Origin: a virus
Lineage: Duplodnaviria > Caudoviricetes
DNA length: 36,135 nucleotides
Strand: one strand, 5' to 3'
Virus record (IMG/VR): IMGVR_UViG_3300037279_000070
Span: 1-36,135 of that record
Position 1 is the first letter of the stretch. Each line of letters starts with the position of its first letter. Of this stretch, positions 18,352 through 27,740 are shown in pieces. Under the pieces are notes generated by a model that saw only the letters and a list, made by a program, of their open reading frames with translations, was not told where the DNA came from and made no database searches. The position numbers and the translations under genes are program-made.

Positions 18352-18524
18352 CCATTTTTCTTTTTACCGGCAGCAGCCATCGACGCCATCGCTTTCTTTC
18401 CGTACTTTTTACGTCCAGCACTTGCCATGATTGCGCCGGCAGACTTCTTTGATAATCCTTCTTTTTCTATTTTCTTTTCTCCTTGTTTGAAGCGTTCTCC
18501 GCTTCCTAACTTTGCTTGTTTCAT
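18348..18524 (-). CDS. Small highly basic protein (58 aa), missed by the ORF track
   Basis: MKQAKLGSGERFKQGEKKIEKEGLSKKSAGAIMASAGRKKYGKKAMASMAAAGKKKNG; ATGA overlaps at both ends. Confidence 0.8.
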   Translation of the reverse strand: MKQAKLGSGERFKQGEKKIEKEGLSKKSAGAIMASAGRKKYGKKAMASMAAAGKKKNG

Positions 18525-19411
18525 AGTTGTGAATTATTAATTGATTTGTAAAGTGAACTTACTTCATCTCGTGCCTTAGTAGCCATTTCTTTAGTTTTAT
18601 GGTAGTTACCATAATCATAAAAAGTATTATCTGCTGCATCCTCGCGTTCAGTAGTAAATTCAATATCGCCTGTGCCTTGCACTATCCAATATTTTTCTCC
18701 CTGTTTCGCTCTCCATCTCAATTTTTCAATTTTCTTTTTTTCGGCGTTCCAGCGTACCCCCTTTCCTTTCAAAGCATCGAAAAATGTAAATGTTTCTTTT
18801 TGATTTGCTAAACGTGTAGGGGACGACCATCCTCTTTCATCTATGAATACGTGTCCATCGGAGTCGATTCCAGCATAAATAGTGGAACCATATTCTGTTT
18901 GTGATTTGAAGATAGATGTACTCTTTTTTTTATCATTATAAACAACGTCCCCGTCTTTCGGAATGAACATTTTCCCTTCTTCTTTTTTACGCAATTCTTC
19001 ATTTCGCCTACATGATTCACGCACTTGCTGAACATGAAGTTTAGCCCATATTTTCCCTTCTTCATTTGTCAGTCGTCTTATTTCTTGATGGATTTCCTCG
19101 TATTGATCATTTAAAGACATTTCATCAAAATTATCTTTCCCCCACGTCACTATAAGGGGGTCTTCTTGTTTTGCTATGTCTGTTAATGTTTTTCCCACGA
19201 CATCATTATTGGTAAGGGAATAATTCAATTGTTGTAATTCATACACTCTTTTTCTTATTTTCTCCAAAGCATCAGAAGAAGAATGAAACTCAATGCAAAG
19301 TTCCTGTCCTTTGTCTGAAATCTCTTTCGTTAATTCTTTGAATAGAGATTCAATCCTTTTTAACTCGTTGTATCTTTTTTCAGATAAAACAATTCCTATT
19401 TCGTCACTCAT
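18521..19411 (-). CDS. Hypothetical protein (N-terminal coiled coil, C-terminal RWRAK..GNY.KT module)
   Basis: 296-aa ORF in a tightly coupled operon. Confidence 0.7.
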   Translation of the reverse strand: MSDEIGIVLSEKRYNELKRIESLFKELTKEISDKGQELCIEFHSSSDALEKIRKRVYELQQLNYSLTNNDVVGKTLTDIAKQEDPLIVTWGKDNFDEMSLNDQYEEIHQEIRRLTNEEGKIWAKLHVQQVRESCRRNEELRKKEEGKMFIPKDGDVVYNDKKKSTSIFKSQTEYGSTIYAGIDSDGHVFIDERGWSSPTRLANQKETFTFFDALKGKGVRWNAEKKKIEKLRWRAKQGEKYWIVQGTGDIEFTTEREDAADNTFYDYGNYHKTKEMATKARDEVSSLYKSINNSQL

Positions 19412-19536
19412 GATTTTTGTTTTATGAATTTAGCTACTAATATATCTCCTTCGTATGCTTCGTTTAGTCTTATAGTCAGACAACTTTCATAGTTGTCAAT
19501 GAATAAATCCCATTTTATCTTATCGGTGTAAATCAT
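19408..19536 (-). CDS. Possible 42-aa protein (MIYTDKIKWDLF...)
   Basis: Fills the gap and ends in an ATGA overlap with the 19411 start. Confidence 0.35.
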   Translation of the reverse strand: MIYTDKIKWDLFIDNYESCLTIRLNEAYEGDILVAKFIKQKS

Positions 19537-19610
19537 GGATATTGGGTTTGTTTTAGACTGCAATTATACGTATAAATATCCATTTATGCAAGATATTATA
19601 AATATTTACA

Positions 19611-21680
19611 TTAAAATGAAGCCAATCCAGTGACTTTATTTGTATAAACGGGTTTGTCGACAATGAATTCAGGACGTGGTAGGTATTTCAAGTTAGTGCA
19701 TACGTAAATACCTATGCCGTTACTCATCAAAAGGTCATCATGGAACCCATCGACGGCTCCTAATGATCCATTTTCCTTAACTTCATAGGTATCTAATTCG
19801 TCGCATACCTCTTTGTCTTTCTCTAAATATCCATCTGTGGCCAAAACAATGTCGTAGGTATCCATTACTAAAGGTTTCGTATGGGAATTTATATGTAACC
19901 CCCACTTATGAGGTACACCATCCCTAATAACCTCTGATGAGTTTCTACAATATAAGTTACGATATGCACCTCCAAGTTCATCTAAGATATATTCCAAGTG
20001 ATCACCTTCTGTTTTATTCGTTTCAAATGTATTTGACTCAAAGACAAGTAATGCCTCATCGTAAAACATAGCTATCTGTGCTCCCATCCATGCTAAATTT
20101 GCATGTTCTATATGACCTCTCCAACGCGCTATCTTTTCGAGTCTCCCCCCAATGTCTGTCATTAAATATCTATCGTGAACCGTGATAACTGACCAGTCTG
20201 CCGCACTTGAATTACCTCCAATGTCCACACTGACTACATATCTGTATCTCATCGGCTGTCCATCTGGCAATCTCCATACTAATAGCTTATTATCATTATT
20301 CTTTGAAAATTCTTCTTCGGTAAACTTCAAATCTACCAAAGAGTCCCTTCCTCGTTTATCTTTTCCGTAAATATTGCCTATCTTAACAGGATCGACACAT
20401 CCTTCTCTCAATTTAGCAACATGTATAGCATTGAATTTCCTTCGTCCGGACGTCTGAAAAGCTTCGTTAGCCATAGATGGATTTTCCTGCTTCATAATCC
20501 ACGACTCAGGATATTTTTTGCTCTCTAAGCGATACCAAGCAATCTGTTCTAATGTAGCTCCGTTGTCCCATAGGATATTTTTTTCATATTCATCCAGTGA
20601 GTTTATAAGTTTTGAATGCCCTTCGTTTTCGTTTTTTATCTGGTAGTTTTCGGCTTCCCAATACTTAGCCATCGAAACTTGATAATTATGAGCGAACATC
20701 CATGGGACGAAAATAGGCGTAAAGGAACTCTTTCCACTTATAGCCCGTCCCCATTCTTTAGAAAAGAAATTGATCCCGTTAGCTGTGGACTCATAGACTA
20801 TGATTGTATCTGGGATAGATGGGATACGACTCCCCAAAGTAGCTACTAATTGCTCTGGTGTTTTCCCTTTGGTTTTTTTCCATGATCCAACCTCTGAACA
20901 GTGCAACATGGAGGCAGAAATAGACTTTACTCCATCGGGGCGTTCTGCACTTCCTATCGTGATCCTACATTGACGTTGATTGATTATAGAGGTCTTAGTA
21001 GAACGATTATAAGGAGACAGCTTTAGAAACTCCTCTTTAGTCTCTCCTACCAAGTAAGCTGGAAAAGAGGAAAGGACGGTATTGTACATCCCCTTGATAT
21101 TTATTGAAGCATTTTCGACGTGTGCACAAATCACAGAGTTCCAATTCTTGTGAATAAAGAGTTGTATCCATGCCATGTATAGTTGAAAAAACGTAGAGCC
21201 ACCTCCTCCTTGACTGAACTTTAAGACTATCGCTCTGATAGGTAGTCCTTTTAATCTCTTTGTCTCAAACTCCTTTAGAAATAGTTTTTGGGTATAATTT
21301 AGAAGGAATGGTATTTCTTCGTCGCTATTCTTATCCTTGATCTTAAAATGAAGAAATGCCACATACTCAAAATCTGTCTTGTGGCGTAAAATATCAACCT
21401 CTTTTCTTAAATAATCTATCTCTAATTCTGGATGACACCCTTTCATCTCTAAGTACTTTCTCGCATCTCCCACCTCTGCAAGTTCCTTAAAGATGGGATT
21501 GATAAACATCTCATTGGGAGCCCAAAAATCCACTAAACTGAGTCCTTCTATGTGTACATGAGTTCGGGGAATAGAGAAGCAGTTCTCGCCCGTGATCGGG
21601 TTGAAATTCTCTTCGTCTTTCCGTTTCTTATTACGGATACGGTTTTCTTCAACTATAGTATGGATTCTCCAATCAGTCAT
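19611..21680 (-). CDS. terL: Terminase large subunit
   Basis: LLNYTQ adenine-binding motif, deviant Walker A LKFSQGGGGST, Walker B MLHCSE, coupling motif ESTANG, RNase H-like nuclease VSVDIGG...HDDLLMS. Confidence 0.92.
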   Translation of the reverse strand: MTDWRIHTIVEENRIRNKKRKDEENFNPITGENCFSIPRTHVHIEGLSLVDFWAPNEMFINPIFKELAEVGDARKYLEMKGCHPELEIDYLRKEVDILRHKTDFEYVAFLHFKIKDKNSDEEIPFLLNYTQKLFLKEFETKRLKGLPIRAIVLKFSQGGGGSTFFQLYMAWIQLFIHKNWNSVICAHVENASINIKGMYNTVLSSFPAYLVGETKEEFLKLSPYNRSTKTSIINQRQCRITIGSAERPDGVKSISASMLHCSEVGSWKKTKGKTPEQLVATLGSRIPSIPDTIIVYESTANGINFFSKEWGRAISGKSSFTPIFVPWMFAHNYQVSMAKYWEAENYQIKNENEGHSKLINSLDEYEKNILWDNGATLEQIAWYRLESKKYPESWIMKQENPSMANEAFQTSGRRKFNAIHVAKLREGCVDPVKIGNIYGKDKRGRDSLVDLKFTEEEFSKNNDNKLLVWRLPDGQPMRYRYVVSVDIGGNSSAADWSVITVHDRYLMTDIGGRLEKIARWRGHIEHANLAWMGAQIAMFYDEALLVFESNTFETNKTEGDHLEYILDELGGAYRNLYCRNSSEVIRDGVPHKWGLHINSHTKPLVMDTYDIVLATDGYLEKDKEVCDELDTYEVKENGSLGAVDGFHDDLLMSNGIGIYVCTNLKYLPRPEFIVDKPVYTNKVTGLASF

Positions 21681-21930
21681 TCAAGGTTATCATAATCATA
21701 TTTTTGTTCTCTGAATCTGCATATTTAGCACATTGTGGATCATAAATGAGTCGAATAATCCTTTTCATATCTTCTTCAGCTTCCTCTTTTGTTTTGAAGG
21801 TATCACATACAATATAGCCACCATGATTTTATACGATGTTTACCCCAAATACCTCATCACCATTATCTTTTTTATGACCATATACGTCGATCAAATCAAT
21901 ACTATTCCTGTTAATCAAAATCGTTCTCAT
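21673..21930 (-). pseudogene. Small gene interrupted by one in-frame TAA (or a sequencing error)
   Basis: MRTILINRNSIDLIDVYGHKKDNGDEVFGVNIV*NHGGYIVCDTFKTKEEAEEDMKRIIRLIY...LND*; TAA at 21829-21831; the frame fills the rhomboid-terL gap. Confidence 0.55.
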
Positions 21931-21941
21931 AGTTGTAATTT

Positions 21942-22430
21942 TTAATCGTTCCATTTATAAATTATCCAAAACACAAAACCCCAGAAGAAACATCCCAAAT
22001 GAAGCATTGGATTAACGGGAATAAAGAACCCACCGTAAAGCCCCAATAGAATAAAGAATAAGAATGGTACTACAAACTTATTGCCAGCATTAAGTAGATA
22101 ACAAAGCATCATTCCTGTAAGTGCATAATCAATCCCAGAAGCCCCAATAGTGGGCAAGACTTTAGCTGAAAGAATGGCGGAACCGGTAGCTATAATCACC
22201 GAAGCTAAAAGTATGGCGTATGTGTTCCCGACCTTACTAAGAAAGTGAAACAACATATAGAAGCTAAAAGCGTCTACGGCCAAATGAAAAATGTTCTCGT
22301 GAAAAAACGAGTAGGTGAAATATGCGTACCAGTTTCCGCCAATCTTAAAACCAACTACATCCAACGGGATTTTGATAAAAAAACAACCTAACAAAATCAA
22401 TATAAAAACGAATGGGAGTATCTTTTTCAT
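21942..22430 (-). CDS. Minimal rhomboid-family intramembrane serine protease
   Basis: FTYSFFHENIFHLAVD (HxxxxHxxxN-like), IGASG catalytic Ser motif, MLHLGCF catalytic His, about six hydrophobic helices. Confidence 0.88.
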   Translation of the reverse strand: MKKILPFVFILILLGCFFIKIPLDVVGFKIGGNWYAYFTYSFFHENIFHLAVDAFSFYMLFHFLSKVGNTYAILLASVIIATGSAILSAKVLPTIGASGIDYALTGMMLCYLLNAGNKFVVPFLFFILLGLYGGFFIPVNPMLHLGCFFWGFVFWIIYKWND

Positions 22431-22873
22431 AGTATCTTACGATTTTGAATATATGACAGCTCTACATAAAAACACGGTGCTTCAGAGTAGATTATCTCAT
22501 CAATGATCTCGTAAATACTTCTTTTGGGAGTCTCCTTTATTTTAATCTCGAAGCGTCTTAATATCTCCTCATACATAGCTCTTTTGTTTTTTGATTTAAG
22601 GGCTATCTCAAATCCCCTATGTGCCATTACGATGATCTTTTTACACTCTATGTCATCAACATAGAATCTTTTAGCCGGACTATTTATCGTCATGGTAATT
22701 AGACCTGACTTGGACATGTATTTAGACGTCTCACCCAATGAAGCAACGGTTTTTTTATACGCCTCCCTTATATCTTTTTTCCTTTCATTGGTTAAGTCAC
22801 GTGTCCTTTCCCAATGAACACTTTTGTTGAGTTTAATTTGGTAGTCAATACTATTCATACTCTTTGTCTTCAT
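22427..22873 (-). CDS. Hypothetical phage protein (SPAKRFYV / EAPCFYV internal repeat)
   Basis: 148-aa ORF, ATGA-coupled to the rhomboid gene. Confidence 0.7.
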   Translation of the reverse strand: MKTKSMNSIDYQIKLNKSVHWERTRDLTNERKKDIREAYKKTVASLGETSKYMSKSGLITMTINSPAKRFYVDDIECKKIIVMAHRGFEIALKSKNKRAMYEEILRRFEIKIKETPKRSIYEIIDEIIYSEAPCFYVELSYIQNRKIL

Positions 22874-23210
22874 TGGTAAAAAATTCGTTTAGCTCTTCTA
22901 TTTCATAGATTAGCTCATTGATAACACCATAAGGATCGTAGTGATGAACTAAAAGATTAGCTACTTTCGTAAATAGCAGTGATCTCTTTCTCTCCTTAGT
23001 GGCTTTTAGCTTTTTGTAAACATGGTAGGTTCTGGCTAATGTCTCCACGATGCTCATTTTCTCATTATGCAAAAAGACTAAGTCGTCGATATTAAAATCT
23101 TCGATTAGTCTCATCCCCCAGCCTACAACGAGGCTGTCCTGTTCATTTATGGTATTCTTTAAGAAGAACGATTTGAAGTGTCGTTCAATCTGATCTTTGG
23201 TTATTATCAT
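22851..23210 (-). CDS. Hypothetical protein
   Basis: 119-aa ORF overlapping the next gene. Confidence 0.6.
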   Translation of the reverse strand: MIITKDQIERHFKSFFLKNTINEQDSLVVGWGMRLIEDFNIDDLVFLHNEKMSIVETLARTYHVYKKLKATKERKRSLLFTKVANLLVHHYDPYGVINELIYEIEELNEFFTNEDKEYE

Positions 23211-23272
23211 GCTTTACATTTTATTTCTCCTTATAAATTTAATATCTAAATCAACTCCCAATATTGCAAAAT

Positions 23273-23506
23273 TTAAGTTTTGAAGCTGTTGTATTTTTCT
23301 CTCATCTCGTTTTGAAAATCGCGTAAACTTTTCATTGACTCGACTCCCATCACATATGTTTGTGTTTGTGAGTCGAAAATTCCCGGAAGTAATAGCATTG
23401 AGTTTTTAATTCTCTCATACTCTGTCATCCTTTGCCAAATCTCTATTGGCAGATGAAGATTATGATATGGCTCTCTTTTCTTTCCAGTCATTCGTATCTC
23501 TGTCAT
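23273..23506 (-). CDS. Hypothetical protein
   Basis: 77-aa ORF with ATGA overlap. Confidence 0.55.
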   Translation of the reverse strand: MTEIRMTGKKREPYHNLHLPIEIWQRMTEYERIKNSMLLLPGIFDSQTQTYVMGVESMKSLRDFQNEMREKYNSFKT

Positions 23507-23733
23507 AAGGCTTCAAATTCTTTTTCGAGTTCGGTTCTGGATATTAATAACCCTTCAAGGGTCTTTTGATAAAAAGGAAGTGCATCTCTTACTTTGATAT
23601 ATGCTGTAACCATTTTTTCAGGTGTCATTTTTTTCATACTTTCTATTTCCTGTGTATATCCAATAATCATGGCATCAATGTCATCTATTTTGTTTTTGAG
23701 TGCCAATCCTTTTTCAAAGAATGTCTTTTCCAT
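23503..23733 (-). CDS. Hypothetical coiled-coil protein
   Basis: 76-aa ORF, first gene of the minus operon. Confidence 0.6.
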   Translation of the reverse strand: MEKTFFEKGLALKNKIDDIDAMIIGYTQEIESMKKMTPEKMVTAYIKVRDALPFYQKTLEGLLISRTELEKEFEAL

Positions 23734-23982
23734 AGTGTTGTATTTATAACCGTAAAATTTACAGCAACAAATATACTAATATTTTGCATAAATCGTGTAT
23801 ATATACATGATATATTTTCGTATTAAAAGCATAAATAATTAAGCACCAAATAATTACTTCGTAGAATCAACTTATATTTATATTTCATTAATACATATTT
23901 GTGAATAAATCAGGACTGATCAACCGCAAAAATCGGGATATATTTCAGAAATTTGCACTTTCAAAACGCATAATTATACGAA
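23734..23982. promoter_or_regulatory. Divergent promoter region between the terminase operon and the head operon
   Basis: AT-rich gap; TATATTTG (TAnnTTTG) on minus at 23768-23775. Confidence 0.5.
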
Positions 23983-24804
23983 ATGGATCCAAATCAAGAC
24001 GTAAATCAAGATCAGGGCGAAGATCAAAGCCAAGATCAACCCCAAGATCAGGGTCAGATGTCCCCACGGGATCGTCTGCGCCAAAAAATGCAAGCCATAA
24101 ACCCACAAAAGGATTATGGAAGTGGTGATGATGACATTAATGACATGCTGGACTTACACGACAAACATGAAGCCGCCGCTAATAAATTAGCTGAAGGAAT
24201 CAAGAAATATCCCGCTATGGCCGGCGTGTTTGGCAGCATGGCCGAAGGAAAGCATCCTTTACACGCTATCGTTTCGGGTTTTGGAAAAGATGTTATGGAC
24301 ATGGATCCAGAATCTGAAGAGTTCGCGAACATAGTAAAGTCACAAGATGAGTACTCACGTAAACAGGAGGACTTAGGAAAGTCAGACAAAGAGTTTCATA
24401 AAAACATGGAAGAATCCGGTAAGGTTTTCCAAGAGTTTGCGGAAAGTAAACAAATGGACGACAAAGCCTTTTCTGATTGGTTCCAAAAGTTCTATGAATA
24501 TTTCGGTGTTCCAATCTTATCCGGCGCTTATAATCTCGAAGTCCTTCAAAAAGCCGACGACGCCATGAATCACGATGACCATGTGGCACAGGCTCAACAA
24601 GACGGAATTCAAGCTGGAGTCGTAGCAACAAAGAATGCTAAGATTATAGCAAAAAACAAAGACATGGGTGGTGATAATATTCCATCATTACATGGTTCAC
24701 CGGCTCCTTCCATTAAACAACCCGAAGCCGAAGGGAAAGGTGATATATGGGATAAATGGGGAAACAGCGGAGTAATGGGAAAGAGTAAAAAAAGAAAGAA
24801 TTAA
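23983..24804 (+). CDS. Putative capsid scaffolding protein
   Basis: Acidic and helical, D/Q low-complexity N-terminus, basic C-terminus, immediately upstream of the capsid gene. Confidence 0.65.
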   Translation: MDPNQDVNQDQGEDQSQDQPQDQGQMSPRDRLRQKMQAINPQKDYGSGDDDINDMLDLHDKHEAAANKLAEGIKKYPAMAGVFGSMAEGKHPLHAIVSGFGKDVMDMDPESEEFANIVKSQDEYSRKQEDLGKSDKEFHKNMEESGKVFQEFAESKQMDDKAFSDWFQKFYEYFGVPILSGAYNLEVLQKADDAMNHDDHVAQAQQDGIQAGVVATKNAKIIAKNKDMGGDNIPSLHGSPAPSIKQPEAEGKGDIWDKWGNSGVMGKSKKRKN

Positions 24805-24820
24805 ACCTAATAATAAATCA

Positions 24821-26590
24821 ATGAAAAAACTATTTAAAGACTATTTTACTAAGGGGAATATTGCTATAATGACCCTTATGATTGTTTGCGCCATCTTTGG
24901 TGTGATGGACGGGAGTGCGCTTGCCGCCACTGCCACTGCCACTGATTTTCAAGGATCGACGATGCCTGGCATTCCTGATGAAGTGCCTAATAACACCACA
25001 GGATTAGATGCTGGCCTTCAATCGCCCGGAAATACCCTTACCGATGAGCTTGTGCGTAATGAGTCAGATCAAATTTTGTTGAGTGCCTATGATAAGGTAA
25101 TCACGCAGTTTCGACCTTATCTGAATCCTCTGGATACTCTTTTGCGTTATGTAGAACAAAGACCATGGGACGGTGATCCATCATTAGAAATCAAATGGGG
25201 GGCTAATGACGTAAAAGCCGTTTCTACTTATCTATCAAGTGCTTATGTACAAAACACAGCTTTGGCTGCCGCTGACATAGTTGTTGCAAATGCTCAACTT
25301 TTTGCCACTTCGCAGACAATCAAAGTTATTGGAGGAGTAAATGAGGTGGATACCTTAACTGTTAGCGGAGCCGCTACTGTTGCCGGACAAGTACTCATTA
25401 CGCTTAACGGTGTAGAGCAAGCCGTAAGTGTATTAGCTACAAGTACCGCTATTAATATCGCTGACTTGATAAGAGCTACCGCATTCACTAACTATACGAC
25501 TGGTGGGCCTATCGGGACTACCTCTGTAACGTTTACCGCTACTCAACCCGGCGTTACCTCCGCTCCTACTTTCGCAGCAAACGGAACCGGCGCGGCTGCT
25601 TCTTTCGCGGTTAAAACTGCCGGAAGCACTGTTATTGGTTATCTTGCTGACGGAGCAACTGCCGACACACGACCTTTGACGCTTTATGTACAAGCAAGAA
25701 ATTACGGGACTAATACATTAACGGTGGTGGCTATTAACGGCCCGAAAACATTGTCTACCGATGTTTCTACTTATGTTCCTTCATTGCCTGCCGGAGTCTC
25801 ATTATATCGTTTAGGCCGTGCTGCTGCTGAACTTGATATTACGACTGATGCTTACAATGCTATTCCTACTTTCGTGGGTAATTACATGCAATCGTTCAAA
25901 TCTCAGGTAACGGTAAGTAACTGGTTTAAGAAATCAAAGAAAAACGTCAAATGGGATAAGGTAGATATTGAAGATGCTGCTAAATTCGAGTACAAACGTG
26001 AGATTGAGGCAAGTTCTATCTATGGCGTCAAAGGAAATACCCGTGACACCGTGAAGAATGCTGACGTCTTAACGTGTAATGGTATCTCGAGTTATATCAC
26101 ACAGGTTTTTGAATATCAGATTCAGAATGTATCTAAAGTTGGTGGATGGGATAAAAATGACCTTATCCTATTCCATGAACAGCTATTTAGTGAGAATGTA
26201 GGTTCGAATAAACGTATCGTATTTGCTGGCAAATCGTTACTGTCAAGTATCTCTATGATTGACTACACTCAATTTAAGGACTTGGAACGTGATACTAAGG
26301 TGATGTTTGGAATAGAGTGGGATACCATTAAGACTATTTTTGGTACTACTTACTGGGTGCACATGCCTTTAATGGATGAGATGGGCGAAGCTACCGAAGG
26401 GTACGCTATTGATCCTCAATACTTGTATAAGTACTCATTTGAGCAACAAAACGTGAAGAATCTTGACCTCGTAACTTCTGGTATTGCAAATGCTGATGCA
26501 AGTGTTACTACTGAAGTAATGTGTCCGGCTTTGGCTTATCCAAAATGCCATATGAAGATTCATCTCAATCCAATAGTACTTAATACTTAA
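24821..26590 (+). CDS. Major capsid protein with N-terminal signal/TM segment and an inserted A/T/G-rich beta domain
   Basis: Follows the scaffold gene and precedes a strong terminator; HK97-like motifs NYMQSFKSQVTVS, FEYKREIEASSIYGVK, TCNGI, KRIVFAGKSLL, IKTIFGT. Confidence 0.82.
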   Translation: MKKLFKDYFTKGNIAIMTLMIVCAIFGVMDGSALAATATATDFQGSTMPGIPDEVPNNTTGLDAGLQSPGNTLTDELVRNESDQILLSAYDKVITQFRPYLNPLDTLLRYVEQRPWDGDPSLEIKWGANDVKAVSTYLSSAYVQNTALAAADIVVANAQLFATSQTIKVIGGVNEVDTLTVSGAATVAGQVLITLNGVEQAVSVLATSTAINIADLIRATAFTNYTTGGPIGTTSVTFTATQPGVTSAPTFAANGTGAAASFAVKTAGSTVIGYLADGATADTRPLTLYVQARNYGTNTLTVVAINGPKTLSTDVSTYVPSLPAGVSLYRLGRAAAELDITTDAYNAIPTFVGNYMQSFKSQVTVSNWFKKSKKNVKWDKVDIEDAAKFEYKREIEASSIYGVKGNTRDTVKNADVLTCNGISSYITQVFEYQIQNVSKVGGWDKNDLILFHEQLFSENVGSNKRIVFAGKSLLSSISMIDYTQFKDLERDTKVMFGIEWDTIKTIFGTTYWVHMPLMDEMGEATEGYAIDPQYLYKYSFEQQNVKNLDLVTSGIANADASVTTEVMCPALAYPKCHMKIHLNPIVLNT

Positions 26591-26596
26591 AAGCCC

Positions 26597-26630
26597 AATA
26601 AAGGGAGGGTAAAACCTCCCTTTATTTTTA
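26597..26630 (+). terminator. Intrinsic terminator after the capsid gene
   Basis: AATAAAGGGAGG-GTAAAA-CCTCCCTTTATT-TTT. Confidence 0.85.
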
Positions 26631-26634
26631 TAAT

Positions 26635-27045
26635 ATGAAAATATACCAAAGTGCGCTTTTGAACTGCTCTATTATGTGTCAACATAAAGGGCAGGATTAT
26701 AGGATAAGTTTCCAACATGGCTCTTTAATGGGAGGTAGGACGTTTGGAGGTGTCTATCTGACTAATGACGTTAATGAACAAAAAGCCATAGAGTCACATA
26801 GGGACTTTTTAGAAGGAAAGATAAAAATACATTTTCAAGACCCCGAACCTATAGAGGAGCCTAAGAAAGAAGAACAGAAACCGGCAGAGATATTCAAAGG
26901 TATAAAAAATGGACAGAGTGCTTTGATAAAACTCAAAGAACTTGGTTACACCGAAGAAGAAACGGGTTATACTCCGGCAGAGATAGCCGCCTTCTCTAAA
27001 TCTAAAGGATTTTACTTTCCAGACTGGCTAACATTTACAAAATGA
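26635..27045 (+). CDS. Hypothetical head-module protein
   Basis: 136-aa ORF after the capsid gene, ATGA-coupled to the next gene. Confidence 0.65.
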   Translation: MKIYQSALLNCSIMCQHKGQDYRISFQHGSLMGGRTFGGVYLTNDVNEQKAIESHRDFLEGKIKIHFQDPEPIEEPKKEEQKPAEIFKGIKNGQSALIKLKELGYTEEETGYTPAEIAAFSKSKGFYFPDWLTFTK

Positions 27046-27740
27046 CCATTTCAGACTTGATAAGGCGTGTAAAAATCAAAATGGATGAACTTACGCCTTT
27101 TGGCGAAGGATTATCTATTACCGATCCCTCTACAGGTGCTTCTATTCCCGTTACATCTGGATTAGTCTTATTGAGACCTGAACTTTACGAGAAACCCATT
27201 GAGACATACATTAAAGAGTCTATCTATGATGGCTATTATGCTTTAGTAGCTATTGCCCCTTATCATATTACGCCGGTTAAATCATTAACCGGAACCGTTG
27301 TGTTGAATGCTGATAGAAGTGGCACTTTTACGTTGCCTTCTGACTTTTATAAGCTAAAGGATTTTAAGTTAGTCGAGTGGGAGAGACCCGTAACGGTTAC
27401 TATAGACGAGAATGACCCTCATTATAAGGATCAATTCAATATTTACACAAGAGGGAATATCTCTAAACCTATATGCGTGCGAAATAGCGACAATCTAACG
27501 ATGAGTCTGTTTTCTATTTCGTATCCTATCATTACGATGACATTTCAGAAAGGTTCTTATGTCCCTGATCTTGTCTTATCAGTTACCGCAGGCGGCCAGA
27601 TAGACCCTAACGGGATGATAACGTTAGATGAGGATTTCCTAAGACCTTTAATTTGGATGATAGCCTCAATAGTGTATGATATTTATGAGGCTACGGATTT
27701 AGCTAAGATAGCTTTAACCCATGTAGCAGAATTACTATGA
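27042..27740 (+). CDS. Putative head-tail adaptor
   Basis: MTISDLIRRVK N-terminal helix, FTLPSDFYKL motif, C-terminal helical pair; adjacent to the portal gene. Confidence 0.6.
   Translation: MTISDLIRRVKIKMDELTPFGEGLSITDPSTGASIPVTSGLVLLRPELYEKPIETYIKESIYDGYYALVAIAPYHITPVKSLTGTVVLNADRSGTFTLPSDFYKLKDFKLVEWERPVTVTIDENDPHYKDQFNIYTRGNISKPICVRNSDNLTMSLFSISYPIITMTFQKGSYVPDLVLSVTAGGQIDPNGMITLDEDFLRPLIWMIASIVYDIYEATDLAKIALTHVAELL

Noticed and set aside
18337-18540. Plus-strand 67-aa ORF from the track
   Set aside because: Antisense to the better supported, doubly coupled 58-aa minus-strand ORF
21733-21945. Plus-strand 70-aa ORF
   Set aside because: Opposite to the operon direction; the interrupted minus-strand frame explains the gap better
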